Assembly: GCA_043820105.1 (NCBI GenBank)
Contig: JBDREC010000065.1
Location: forward strand, 1-64,000
DNA from: Pseudomonadota bacterium
GTDB taxonomy: Bacteria > Bdellovibrionota_F > JAHFAK01 > JBDREC01
Direction: 5' to 3'
DNA: 64,000 bases
Positions 31,565-42,369 of this stretch are shown here, in pieces. The first letter of the stretch is position 1, and every line of letters begins with the position of its first letter. Position numbers and translations under genes: made by a program. The notes under the pieces are model-generated. The model searched no databases, had not been told where the DNA came from, and saw only the letters and a program-made list of their open reading frames with translations.

Positions 31565-32211
31565 ATAGCATAAATATAGTCGGTGATTTTAGCCAGTGCC
31601 AAGATAATGATAACATGAACATGGTTATCAATGTAAATGTAGAGTTTTTTCAATTTACCCAAGCCTGCAAAGCAAACCAAAACAATAATTTCACAACAAG
31701 TAATGGCACGTTTTGCTCCGTAGCTTCAAGTATGTGCAGGCCAGGTGTTATGAATAATTATATAAGAGTTAGCTGTGATAATGGATCGGTTTTTCAGAAA
31801 GATTTAGATTGCTATAACTATGAAGATTATGATCATAATTTTGATTTCGATGATGATGATTATGATTTTGATAATAATTTTAGCTATCACTTTGATTATT
31901 CTAATCCAGGACCAAGAATCAAAAAAAGACATTTATATAACTATTATAATGATATTGATATAGATTCAGATAGAGGTGATTGTAAAGATGGCTTTGGTTC
32001 AATGGATATTGATGTTGAAATTGAAGATGAAGAATTTGAATTTAATCCTTCATGTAATTTTTCTTTTAATAAAAAATTTAAAACGCATCGGGGTCTTGAG
32101 TGCCAAATTAGATCTGGAATGTGTTCCCCCTGGTCTCCAAAGCGTCGAGTTGTTGTAAAATGCGAAAATGGCTTAGCACGAAGCATTCCGATTGCTTGCC
32201 CTAAAAGATAA
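31540..32211 (+). CDS. Six-Cys repeat-domain protein, C-terminal part
   Basis: The frame is open from the A10 tract. Two further copies of the same domain; the first Cys of copy 3 lies upstream of ATG 31615. Confidence 0.75.
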   Translation: MNFFNNNLNSINIVGDFSQCQDNDNMNMVINVNVEFFQFTQACKANQNNNFTTSNGTFCSVASSMCRPGVMNNYIRVSCDNGSVFQKDLDCYNYEDYDHNFDFDDDDYDFDNNFSYHFDYSNPGPRIKKRHLYNYYNDIDIDSDRGDCKDGFGSMDIDVEIEDEEFEFNPSCNFSFNKKFKTHRGLECQIRSGMCSPWSPKRRVVVKCENGLARSIPIACPKR

Positions 32212-32213
32212 GG

Positions 32214-33275
32214 CTATTGTTTTTTAACAATAACTCTATAAAAACTGTCTTTTTCAAGACTTAGAATGAAGATTTCCCCATTATTATCCACAATCATATC
32301 ATCAGAAGAACCTGGGGAAAAAATATTGCTTCCCTTAAATTCAAGTCTTTCAATAAATTTTCCTTCTTTATTCAGTTTATGAATGCATTTAAATTTTACA
32401 TCTAAAATATAGATATTATCATTTCTATCACAGGCAATGGATGAAAATAAAGAATGTTTTTGATAATCCCTAATTAAATTACTTTTATAATGACCATTAT
32501 GATCAAATACTAATACCGAACCTATCCATTCAGAAAAATAAACATTCCCTTGAGAATTAATTGCTATATCAGTAAATATTATTGTTGAACTTTCAAAATT
32601 CAATTCACTTTTATTATAATCCAAAATTTGGACATTATTACCTGGAGTAAATTGTCCTAATAATTCTCGACCATGTTTTTCTGCAGCGAATATTCCAAAA
32701 AAAGTACCATCTTTATTTATCTCAATTTTATTAGGCGTCAAAGAAAGGTTAATTTTCTCAAGTTCTTCTTGTTCATTATTTTTAAAACTAAAAAGAAAAG
32801 GTGTATCCTTTGTAATCTTATCAATTCCATAAATAATTCCACTTTCATTAATAGCTATATCTTTAGTAATAATCATATCATTATCTTTATCTGCCATTTT
32901 TGTAATATCTAGCAAGTCAGTACTATTATCATTTGGATTAAAAACTATTAACCCTGGAATTAGTTCATCACTTTCTGTCCAATGTCCATGATGATTTATT
33001 AAAATATTGCCTTTATTATCTAAATTAATAGACTTTGGTTTTTGCATAAAATCAATAGCAATTTTTTCGACAGAAACATTGGTAACTTTAACACTTTCAG
33101 CTGCCAATGATCCCTTAACTGTCTCAGGACTATGTTGAATTTCACTGCTTGCTTTACTTTTAGCTTTGTATCCTTCAGGAACCGGCTTACAGCTAAATAA
33201 AATAATATTAAATAAAATTAATAAGCATATAATTGAAAAATATCTGACTAATAGATTTTTATTTGATTTTAACAT
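32214..33275 (-). CDS. Lipoprotein with NHL-like beta-propeller
   Basis: Lipobox LFSC; repeated DIAIN..G..Y blades. Confidence 0.75.
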   Translation of the reverse strand: MLKSNKNLLVRYFSIICLLILFNIILFSCKPVPEGYKAKSKASSEIQHSPETVKGSLAAESVKVTNVSVEKIAIDFMQKPKSINLDNKGNILINHHGHWTESDELIPGLIVFNPNDNSTDLLDITKMADKDNDMIITKDIAINESGIIYGIDKITKDTPFLFSFKNNEQEELEKINLSLTPNKIEINKDGTFFGIFAAEKHGRELLGQFTPGNNVQILDYNKSELNFESSTIIFTDIAINSQGNVYFSEWIGSVLVFDHNGHYKSNLIRDYQKHSLFSSIACDRNDNIYILDVKFKCIHKLNKEGKFIERLEFKGSNIFSPGSSDDMIVDNNGEIFILSLEKDSFYRVIVKKQ

Positions 33276-33453
33276 AATCCCACCTTCTTTTTATCTAAAT
33301 CCCTTTATCTGTGAGATTAAATGCAATATTTATACCAAAAAGAGTAAAATTAATTTTGCATTTAAAATCTAGGTATTATAAAAGAAATTAGTTTTTAATA
33401 AGTTAAAGACTATTAAATTTTTCTCCTTTTTTACATAAAAACAAGGATTACAG

Positions 33454-34086
33454 ATGACTTACAAAGCAATAGCCTTTGACCTTGATGGCACACTTATTGA
33501 TACTATGAATTTTACAATTAAGTATTTTATTGAAGCTGTGAATAAATTCAGAGAAAACAAGTTTTCATTTGATGAATTATTAAATCATGTAGGCGCACCT
33601 GAAGATGTTATTTTCAGAGATATAATGAAAGATGAGGCTATAGCCAGCAAGGCCTATGATTACTATAAAGACCTTTTTGTCAAAACCCTTCCTAAAATTA
33701 AATTAGATGAAGAAATGAAACTCATGCTGGATTCACTGCTGCAAAAAGGACTTATCATAGGGCTTGTAACTGGAAGGTGTAGAGATCTAGTTGAGATTTT
33801 TCTTAATCATCTAAATATGAAAAATTATTTTAATATTATAATAACTGGAAATGATCTTATTCATTATAAACCAAATCCTGAAGGTTTAATTAATTTTGTC
33901 AATTTTACAAAACTTGATAAATCCGAGATTCTTTATATTGGTGATATGAAAGCTGATATTCTCGCAGCGAGAAACTGTGGTGTAAACTGTGGCCTTGTAA
34001 AATGGTTTAAAATTGATAATTATGAAGTAGTTGAAAAACCTGATTATTTTTTAGAAAAACCAATGCAAATTATTGACCTTTTATAG
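33454..34086 (+). CDS. HAD-family hydrolase (phosphoglycolate phosphatase-like)
   Basis: FDLDGTL, KPNP and YIGD...D motifs. Confidence 0.92.
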   Translation: MTYKAIAFDLDGTLIDTMNFTIKYFIEAVNKFRENKFSFDELLNHVGAPEDVIFRDIMKDEAIASKAYDYYKDLFVKTLPKIKLDEEMKLMLDSLLQKGLIIGLVTGRCRDLVEIFLNHLNMKNYFNIIITGNDLIHYKPNPEGLINFVNFTKLDKSEILYIGDMKADILAARNCGVNCGLVKWFKIDNYEVVEKPDYFLEKPMQIIDLL

Positions 34087-35013
34087 CTGATAAAAGCGAA
34101 TCTGGCCTGAATCCATTAATGGAAGCACTAAAAGTTTCGATTTAGGACAAAAATCAAAGTCAGCGATATCAGTAACATCTGCTAAAATTTCTTTAACTGT
34201 GCCATTTTCACCAATCAAAAACATTTTATTTTCGCTTTTTGCCGAAACCAGCCACTTCTTACAGGATAAAGGTTCAATCCCATCAAGGTGACCCAAGTCT
34301 TCAGCGATAAAATGCACGCTTTTATCATTTAGATCTACAGTAAAAAATGATCCAATGCCATCATATTCCCATCCTGGCTTACTTCCTTTAGACCAGCTGG
34401 CCACATAAAGCTTGTTATGCTTAATATATAAACCATTTGGTGCATGAGTTTTGGCTTCACCTTCCTTTTTAATACCCTCAATAAAGACTTCACTTTTTAA
34501 GGTTTTGCCATCAACCTTATATATCTTTCTTTGCTGTGTATCAGAAACAAAAATATCACCGTTTGCATCAATTGCGATATCATTTAAAAACTCTGAATCC
34601 TCAAGAACAATTTTTTGAGCAAGGTTCTTTGTTTTAATATCAAAGGAATAAACTTTATTCACATCTGTAACATAAAGCTTATCATTAAAAACAGCCAAAC
34701 CCTTTGGATTATCAAGACCCTTGGCCCAAACTTTATCTCAAACTGCTCCATGCCTATCAAGAAGCATCAAAGTTCCATCTGCATTTTTTGCCTTATCTCC
34801 AATTACAGAAATAAAAACTTTTCCCTCGTAAATCAAAGTACACTCAGGATTAACAGCTTGACCTTCTAAAGTAAAAACCAATTTTGGATTCAAACTATCT
34901 GCATATTTTTTCCCACACCCTTTTTTCATCATTTTGCATTTTTTCTGACAACATGAGCTTGCAAAAATGAGTGCAGTTAAAATCACGATTAATATAAATA
35001 TTTTTCTAATCAT
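34081..35013 (-). pseudogene. SMP-30/gluconolactonase-like beta-propeller lipoprotein with one in-frame TGA
   Basis: The two ORFs share a frame: ...LDRHGAV*DKVWAKGLDNPKGLAVFND... with TGA at 34738-34740. FLNDIA, PNGL and LDGI motifs. Confidence 0.8.
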
Positions 35014-35154
35014 GTGAATTCACCTTTCTAATTAATAAAAGAATCCTGGGATATATAAAACTAAGGTTCAGAAATTGCAACAGATAAAAAGTTTACAAAA
35101 GATCATTTGTTTGATAAAATTAGATTATATAGTTTAAATCTTGGGGACATCCAC

Positions 35155-36477
35155 ATGAAACACGCTATTGTCTTGATTTTACTCGTTTTTTTCATTTCCT
35201 GCACACAAACCAACTCAAAATCATCAAATGGAGTAAGTCTAGATTTAGAAGGAACAATCAGCCTCACTAGCTACCAAAGCTATTTACAAGCGCAAAATTT
35301 AAGCACAGACAGCATTATTACTAGAAATGATATTTATGAAGCTCAAACTTCATTAGATACAAGCATCACATTTCCTGTTGGAATTCCAACACCTGATAAT
35401 ATTCCAGAATCATCCTCAGCAGATATAGCCATTTTAGCCCTTGTTGCTGATTCAGATGGAGATTATGTCAGTGCATCTTTTGTAAATACAGATGGATCAT
35501 TTGATATTACTTCTACTGAGCAAATATTTCAGCTTAAATTTGCTGTGTTAAAACAAACTACTGGTTCTAGTTATAAATCAATTAAAACCTTGGAAACAAT
35601 TCAAACTGAGCTGGCTGGCATATCCATTCTAAAAATAGAAGGTGGAGAATTTATTCAATCAGAAGAAACTAGTGAATCAATAGATTTTGGGGCTATTTCT
35701 TTTGGTGAAACAAGTGCCAGCACATCAAGTAATCTTTCAGAGCTTTATGACTTTTTAGACTTTCTTGAAAGCTTGTCTGAAGATGACGATGCTGAGGGCG
35801 ATCCAAACATTCATTGGGAAGCAAGCACTTCTTTGCAGTTTTTAGGAAACTTTGATTCTTCCGCAGATTATTATACTCATGAACAATTTGATCCAGACAC
35901 TCAAAGACTTACAGTCTATGGTGGTACTTTAACCTTTATAGAAGATGGAATAAAAGATGGTGCTTTAACTTTTAGTGGATCTACTTTTCTTTCATTTGCA
36001 CCTCACCCACACTGGGATCCAATAACAGGCTTCACAACAGCTGCCTGGATTTATCCAACAAAAACAGATGAAGGAACAATCACAGGTGAAGCAATGTATT
36101 CAGCAGGAGCCTTTACTACTATGACCTCATATTTTGGTCTGGATAATGGAAAACTAATTTTTAAAATAGGGAATTCCAGTTCAAGCGCCACTATTACATC
36201 TGACAGCACAATTCAGGCCAACACCTGGACCCATGTAATGGCGACATATAACTCGGATGATGGTTTTTTGGCTCTAACCATAAATGGCACAATAGACAAA
36301 ACAAGCACAGAAGTTGTAACCCCAGAGTTAAACTCGGAATATTATACTACTTTTACAATAGGCTGTGTTGAGCTTCCTACAGGATTATGTTTTGAAGGTT
36401 ATATGGATGAAGTGCGTTTTTATACGATGGAACACTTTGAAAGTGAACTTAGTGGCCTTTACGAAATATATGAGTAA
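35155..36477 (+). CDS. Lipoprotein with C-terminal LamG-like domain
   Basis: Lipobox FISC; AWIYP, WTHVMATY and FEGYMDEVRFY motifs. Start refined to ATG 35155. Confidence 0.85.
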   Translation: MKHAIVLILLVFFISCTQTNSKSSNGVSLDLEGTISLTSYQSYLQAQNLSTDSIITRNDIYEAQTSLDTSITFPVGIPTPDNIPESSSADIAILALVADSDGDYVSASFVNTDGSFDITSTEQIFQLKFAVLKQTTGSSYKSIKTLETIQTELAGISILKIEGGEFIQSEETSESIDFGAISFGETSASTSSNLSELYDFLDFLESLSEDDDAEGDPNIHWEASTSLQFLGNFDSSADYYTHEQFDPDTQRLTVYGGTLTFIEDGIKDGALTFSGSTFLSFAPHPHWDPITGFTTAAWIYPTKTDEGTITGEAMYSAGAFTTMTSYFGLDNGKLIFKIGNSSSSATITSDSTIQANTWTHVMATYNSDDGFLALTINGTIDKTSTEVVTPELNSEYYTTFTIGCVELPTGLCFEGYMDEVRFYTMEHFESELSGLYEIYE

Positions 36478-36571
36478 TTTTCAAATAAAGAATTTTTAAA
36501 CTAGTCTATTTACTTAATCACTAACTCTTGATATAATAAAATTAAAACTAATTAGTTGGGAGCATTTTCAA

Positions 36572-39358
36572 ATGAAAATTCAACATTTGCTTAGTAACAC
36601 TTTAATTTTATTAGTTATTTTATCATTATCAGCCTGTCTTCAAAATGATTTAGATAGCAATAATGGAAATGATGAAATTGAAACCCCTGAAGAACAAACA
36701 GATGAATCAACAGATGCCGCGGATAATATTCAAGATAATAATTCAAATGGTGAAAGTGCTTCTGCAAGCCAAGATCAACCTGACACTTCAAGTTCAAATT
36801 CAAGCTCATCTACATCCTCAATTAGCACATTAGTGAGCTCCTATGATGACCTCTCTGTGGATATCACATCACCCTCAAGTGATGACATTACCTATAAAGG
36901 CCTGACAGTAAACTTTTCCTCATCAGTTTCTGGGGGTTCTGGAGAAGTTACTTATTCATGGGATTTTGATGGTGATGGTCTTGAAGATTCAGATGAAGCA
37001 AACCCAGATTACGAGTTTAATCAAATTGGTGTTTATGATGTTCAATTAACAGTTAGTGACGCAGAAGTTGGTTCGCAAAGTACTACAGTTGAAATGAAAG
37101 TCTTATTATCTGAACCAATTGAAACCGGATACTATCATAGCTGCGCTTTACTAGAAAACGGCTCAGTTAAATGCTGGGGAAGCAATGAATATGGGCAATT
37201 GGGGACTGGAGACAATGAAGATAGAAATATTCCAACCCAAGTACAGGGGATTGATGGAATAAGCAAAATTGCAGTTGATATAGCAGTTGGCCAATATCAC
37301 TCATGCGCAGTTTTATTGGGAGGAAATATTAACTGCTGGGGACAAAATATCCAAAAACAACTTGGGGATGGAAGCTCCACAAATTCAAATATTCCAGTAG
37401 AAATCGATGAGCTTGTAATTGATAATGCCTTAACAGTTGATGCTGGACAGGTTCACACGTGTGCATTGCTTGAGGAAGGAACAATAAAGTGCTGGGGAAA
37501 TGGTTATAATGGAAAACTTGGAAATGGACTTACTCCAAGCTCCAGTGACCCAGTTAATGTTATTGATATAGAAAATGCTTATCATATTTCTCTGGGATCA
37601 GGACACACTTGTGCCATGATAGAAGCAAACTCAGGAGAATCAAACCTTAGGTGCTGGGGCCTTAATAGCTCAGGAGAACTCGGAAATGATGGAGCCCAAT
37701 ACTCAAGTCAGTCCTTATCACCAATTGAAGTATTAACAATAAGTGATGCCAAATTCCTTGATGCCGGACTTTCTCATACCTGTGCTATTGTAAATGATAA
37801 TTCTATAAAATGCTGGGGCTGGAATAATGTTGGTCAGCTTGGTCATGGCGATACCACATCATATGACCTACCTCAAGATGTTGAAAATATTACTAATGCT
37901 ATAAATCTAGGAGCTGGAACTTATAACACTTGTGCAGTTTTAGAAACAGGGAAACTGAACTGTTGGGGAGATAATACTTATGGCAAGCTTGGAAATGGCA
38001 CTCAAACATCATCAACTATCCCTGTAGAAGTTTCAAGCATAGATAATGTTTTGTTTGTTAACCTGTTTTATCAACATGTTTGTGCAAGCTCAGCAGATTC
38101 TTATTATTGTTGGGGAAGCAATAAATATGGACAAATCGGAGATTCCTCTTCAACTGCTAGTTTATCACTGGTTGACCTTAACCTTCTTGATGCAAGTGCA
38201 ACATTAATTGACACAATAAGAGCTAATAGAGATAAGACATGTGGAATTGATGATAACATGACAATTAATTGTGTTGGCGATGGAACTTATGGTCAACTTG
38301 GAAATAATGGTGCCAGTATTTTTCAAACTCCTCAATCTGTATTAACAATTGATGCTTCCACACCCGCTCTTTCAGCTGGCAACTTGGCTACAGGAAACGC
38401 TCTACATAGTTGTGCAATAATGACTAATGGTGCAGTAAAATGTTGGGGAGCAAATTATTATGGCCAGCTAGGCAATTCAATAAATGCTATATATGAAGGA
38501 AGCCCTGTTGATGTAACTGATATTGACGGAGATGATTTAAATGGAGAACAAACTGCAACAGATCTCGCGACAGGCTATGCTTTTTCTTGTGCCATTTTAC
38601 AAGATGATTCTTTAAAATGTTGGGGAAAAAACAGTTCCGGTCAACTAGGAAACGAAACAAATGATAATTCTTATTTTCCTGTATTAGTCTCAGGAGTTGA
38701 GGGAACAACAGTAGATAAAAGCGCCTCGCAGATTGTGGCGGGCACTGCCCATGCATGTGTATTATTAGCTGACAGTTCTGTAAAATGCTGGGGCCATAAT
38801 AGCTCTGGACAACTAGGAGATGCTTCCAATGATAGCTCAAATATACCTGTACAAGTTGATGGTATAGAAGGAAATACTGAAGAAAGCTCTGCTGTATATC
38901 TAGCGTCTGGGGATTCCCATACTTGTGCTATTTTAGAAAATGATACAGTAAAATGCTGGGGAGCAAATCATAATGGACAACTTGGAAATGCATCCTTAAC
39001 TTCATCTAATACCCCAGTACTTATAAGTGGAACTTATTCAAATCCCTATAAAGTTTATGCATCAGAACACTTTACTTGCCTCTTAAGTGGAGATGATAAT
39101 GTCAATTGCTGGGGTGATAATGATTTTGGCCAACTTGGAAATAACGATTCCACAATAACGAAATCAAGCACTCCTGTTGCCTTTCTTGGCTTAGACAGCT
39201 ATGATATAGCTGAAATTACACTAGGATCAGATCATATTTGTTTTTTATTTACAAACAATGAACTCAAATGCCTTGGTTCAAATGCAAAAGGCCAACTTGG
39301 TGATCAACTTTCAATTGATGCAGATTATTATGAACCAGTTGAAATTGACATAGAATAA
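36572..39358 (+). CDS. Lipoprotein with PKD domain and RCC1-like repeats
   Basis: Lipobox LSAC; YSWDFDGDG PKD motif; many HxCA....VKCWG.N..GQLG repeats. Confidence 0.92.
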   Translation: MKIQHLLSNTLILLVILSLSACLQNDLDSNNGNDEIETPEEQTDESTDAADNIQDNNSNGESASASQDQPDTSSSNSSSSTSSISTLVSSYDDLSVDITSPSSDDITYKGLTVNFSSSVSGGSGEVTYSWDFDGDGLEDSDEANPDYEFNQIGVYDVQLTVSDAEVGSQSTTVEMKVLLSEPIETGYYHSCALLENGSVKCWGSNEYGQLGTGDNEDRNIPTQVQGIDGISKIAVDIAVGQYHSCAVLLGGNINCWGQNIQKQLGDGSSTNSNIPVEIDELVIDNALTVDAGQVHTCALLEEGTIKCWGNGYNGKLGNGLTPSSSDPVNVIDIENAYHISLGSGHTCAMIEANSGESNLRCWGLNSSGELGNDGAQYSSQSLSPIEVLTISDAKFLDAGLSHTCAIVNDNSIKCWGWNNVGQLGHGDTTSYDLPQDVENITNAINLGAGTYNTCAVLETGKLNCWGDNTYGKLGNGTQTSSTIPVEVSSIDNVLFVNLFYQHVCASSADSYYCWGSNKYGQIGDSSSTASLSLVDLNLLDASATLIDTIRANRDKTCGIDDNMTINCVGDGTYGQLGNNGASIFQTPQSVLTIDASTPALSAGNLATGNALHSCAIMTNGAVKCWGANYYGQLGNSINAIYEGSPVDVTDIDGDDLNGEQTATDLATGYAFSCAILQDDSLKCWGKNSSGQLGNETNDNSYFPVLVSGVEGTTVDKSASQIVAGTAHACVLLADSSVKCWGHNSSGQLGDASNDSSNIPVQVDGIEGNTEESSAVYLASGDSHTCAILENDTVKCWGANHNGQLGNASLTSSNTPVLISGTYSNPYKVYASEHFTCLLSGDDNVNCWGDNDFGQLGNNDSTITKSSTPVAFLGLDSYDIAEITLGSDHICFLFTNNELKCLGSNAKGQLGDQLSIDADYYEPVEIDIE

Positions 39359-39391
39359 GCAAGCCAAAGCCTTTTAAATTATAATAAGCTG

Positions 39392-39817
39392 CTATTCAAA
39401 ATCCTTAGCAACAGACTTTCTTAACTTCTTTATCTTTCCCTTGTGAACCTTACTTTGAATTCTTCTTTCTTGTGAAGCTTTAGTTGGCTTTGTCTTTTTT
39501 CTTTTCTTAGGGATTTTTGTTGCTGAAATGATAAACTTAATAAGTCGATCAATAGCATCGTTTTTATTGGCTTCTTGAGTTCTAAATCTCTTAGCCTCTA
39601 TGATTAAAACTCCATTTTTTGTAATTCTGCCATCAGGTTTATTTAAAAGGCGGGCTTTGATTTCATCCAAAAGAGATTCAGAATTTAAAATATCAAAATA
39701 AAGTTTCGCGCATGTTGCAACTTTATTAACATTCTGACCACCAGGCCCTGAAGCTCTTACAAATTCAAATTCAAGTTCTTTTTCACTGATTTGAATTTTT
39801 TTAGTAATTTCTATCAT
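39392..39817 (-). CDS. arfB: Alternative ribosome rescue peptidyl-tRNA hydrolase ArfB
   Basis: RASGPGGQNVNK, RTQ..N and basic tail TKPTKAS. Confidence 0.95.
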   Translation of the reverse strand: MIEITKKIQISEKELEFEFVRASGPGGQNVNKVATCAKLYFDILNSESLLDEIKARLLNKPDGRITKNGVLIIEAKRFRTQEANKNDAIDRLIKFIISATKIPKKRKKTKPTKASQERRIQSKVHKGKIKKLRKSVAKDFE

Positions 39818-39995
39818 GAAATGATTATAGCAGATTTTTAAAGGTAATTGCTAGAGTTTTTCTAACTTTTCTTTAAATGTAGATCTAAAAAGCGGTATTA
39901 TAAGCCATATTTTCAACCCCATAAAAAAACATTTGACAACTCACCCAAGTGATGCAATAAGTCAATTCACTTTAATTAAAATATGCGGGATATAT

Positions 39996-40859
39996 ATGAA
40001 AAAGAATATTATTATTTGCGTAATTATTTTTATCTCATTAATTTTAAATTCAAGTTTTCTATTAGCTCAAAATAGCGAAATAACATGTAAAGATACTGAA
40101 ATCCTGAAATGTATCAATACTGACCTTGGCGAGGTTTGCGACTGCAAGGATAAAGCTTCAATTCCTGAAACTAGAGCTAAGGCTAAAAGTTCAATCCAGG
40201 GAAATGCAGCTTTTTCAGTGCAAAGAGGTTTAGAAAATTACACCTGCAATTTAAATCAGGCTGCTGGCTATGACTGTGTTTATATCGCGGACGCCGAAGA
40301 AACAAGCTTGTCTGTAATTATGGATAACAACAAAGGTACAGTTTCTTTTAATGGTAAAATCGAAAATACAGAGGGAGTAGAAGCTCTGACAATTAAAACT
40401 TCAGATAAAGATAGTTCTGTTTCTGTAACTGTAAATGGAAAGATGACAACACTGACTGTTAATATAGAAACAGGCAGGGGTAATGACAACATATCAGTTG
40501 ACGGCAATGCCCTGTTTTATATCGATGGAGGCAATGGCACCAATCAGCTAACCTGCTATCAAAGCAATATGCACTTAGTTAAATCAAAAAATGTAGCTTT
40601 TTTTTGTGATGGTGATCCTGAAAACTGTATTGAATACCCAACACCAGTTCCCACAGTTTCAAAAGTTCTTGAATTTCCGGGCGGCAATATTGATGCAACT
40701 TTTTCCTTTGCATCAAGATACTTTTTAATTTGTACCAATGGCACAAACTGCAACCAGGTTTATGCAAGCTTAAATGATGATATTTTCACTGGAGATGATT
40801 CGGGTGTAGTGGCTTCCTATGATGTGGTCCAGGACAAATTGACCATTTCCATGGAATAA
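39996..40859 (+). CDS. Hypothetical secreted Cys-containing protein
   Basis: MKK signal peptide; GRGNDNI / DGGNGTN RTX-like turns. Confidence 0.7.
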   Translation: MKKNIIICVIIFISLILNSSFLLAQNSEITCKDTEILKCINTDLGEVCDCKDKASIPETRAKAKSSIQGNAAFSVQRGLENYTCNLNQAAGYDCVYIADAEETSLSVIMDNNKGTVSFNGKIENTEGVEALTIKTSDKDSSVSVTVNGKMTTLTVNIETGRGNDNISVDGNALFYIDGGNGTNQLTCYQSNMHLVKSKNVAFFCDGDPENCIEYPTPVPTVSKVLEFPGGNIDATFSFASRYFLICTNGTNCNQVYASLNDDIFTGDDSGVVASYDVVQDKLTISME

Positions 40860-40872
40860 TTTTTTTTAATTA

Positions 40873-42369
40873 CTATTCATCTTCATTATCAATATAAATT
40901 TCCTCAAAACCCTGTTCAACATCTTCGGGTAAAGAGATATAATCAGGATTGCTTTTATCATGTACTATAACAAAATCATAGTCCATATCTGAAGCTGGAA
41001 AAACACCTGACAACTCAAAATCAGAAGTATCCTTTTCTACAAAATTCCATGAAAGGAGCAAATTATTCAGGTTAAAGTGAATAAAATCACCACTTTCTGA
41101 AAAATCAAATTTCTTCCTTTGGTCCACTGGTACCGGAATTGTGAAACTTGCGGAAATCCTGTTAAAATCTGCTATCGTCATTGAAACATCAATGTAACCC
41201 GTCAGGTATCCCCAGTCATTGACCCAGCCATCAACAAATCTTATACTGACAGATCCATCATTACTTATCGCTGAATTTAAAATATCTTTAATAATTAAAG
41301 CGTACCCATAACAGGCATTTTCGTTTTCAAAAGAACAATGAGGACAAGTATTTATATCCCAAAAGGCGCTTTCCAAAGGCTTAAGTCCAAAAAGTTTCAT
41401 TCTTTGATCATTACCCAAAATAAAGCTTGCAGGATCAAAAATCTGCTTTATCATAAAAAGGCGTTCTCTATTATTCCATAAACCCTTACCATCAGAAATA
41501 GCCTGTCTGTATTTTTCACTGATTTGGTTTCTTTCTTTTTCAGAAATTTCAAACTCCTTTTTTAAATAACCTCTTGCATAGCCTTCGCTCAAAAGTTCAA
41601 AATTAAGATTCTCCGAGTATTTTGGCCCATACCAGACATAGGCAACAATTCGACCGTATTTATCAACAACATCAAGGCTTGGTTCAAGATAAATCTGAGA
41701 TCCGGCCGGGAGCTTTGTTTTTGCGATATCCGAGGCTTCCTCCCCAAAATAATTTATCCTTTCCCTGTTTCCGCAGGCTTTATCCCTGGCGACTGATTCA
41801 GGGGTATCAATTCCGGAGAAACGAATCTTTGCTCCAAAATTCGTTGTTAAAGTATCACCATCGGCATATTTATAAACGCTGACAGTTTTCCACAAACCCT
41901 CTCTTGATCCTGTGGTTTTTTTCCCCATTGCTTTTTTCAAAGCTTCTTTCATTTTTTCAAGCTCAATGCCATCAGGCAAAGGAGGTGCACCCCATGGAAC
42001 CGCGATATAAGCAAGCCCATCTTTTATCAGTTCTTCATTTATAAATAAATCCTTTTTATAAACAAAACAGAAATCTCCTTTCTGACTACATTTCAGCATG
42101 ACTTCAGTTTCAGCTGGCAAAAGTTTTTGAAGCTGTAAAAAAGCCTCATATCCAGTCTGCCCAGATTCAATAGGGTCTTCATTGACATGAGTTGTTCTTG
42201 CCCCCCATAAAAAGATCTGCTTTTCTACTCCGTCAATAGAAAGGTTAAGGGTGTGCCCGTTAATCACGCTAACAACAGAACCCCTTTGCTCAAGCAAAGT
42301 ATAGGCGTTTAAAGATAGTTGAAAGATAAAAACAAGAAGCAAAAAAGAATAAAAATATTTTTTTTCCAT
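40873..42369 (-). CDS. Secreted thermonuclease (SNase) family protein with tandem SNase domains
   Basis: DGDT, IRFSGIDTPES, DKYGRIVAYV, GYA and KGLW motifs, plus a degenerate N-terminal copy. Confidence 0.85.
   Translation of the reverse strand: MEKKYFYSFLLLVFIFQLSLNAYTLLEQRGSVVSVINGHTLNLSIDGVEKQIFLWGARTTHVNEDPIESGQTGYEAFLQLQKLLPAETEVMLKCSQKGDFCFVYKKDLFINEELIKDGLAYIAVPWGAPPLPDGIELEKMKEALKKAMGKKTTGSREGLWKTVSVYKYADGDTLTTNFGAKIRFSGIDTPESVARDKACGNRERINYFGEEASDIAKTKLPAGSQIYLEPSLDVVDKYGRIVAYVWYGPKYSENLNFELLSEGYARGYLKKEFEISEKERNQISEKYRQAISDGKGLWNNRERLFMIKQIFDPASFILGNDQRMKLFGLKPLESAFWDINTCPHCSFENENACYGYALIIKDILNSAISNDGSVSIRFVDGWVNDWGYLTGYIDVSMTIADFNRISASFTIPVPVDQRKKFDFSESGDFIHFNLNNLLLSWNFVEKDTSDFELSGVFPASDMDYDFVIVHDKSNPDYISLPEDVEQGFEEIYIDNEDE

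Noticed and set aside
34081-35013. Alternative genetic code (TGA reassigned)
   Set aside because: TGA terminates conserved genes at the expected positions (rseP, tsaB, rpsU, dnaG), and only one internal TGA was seen.
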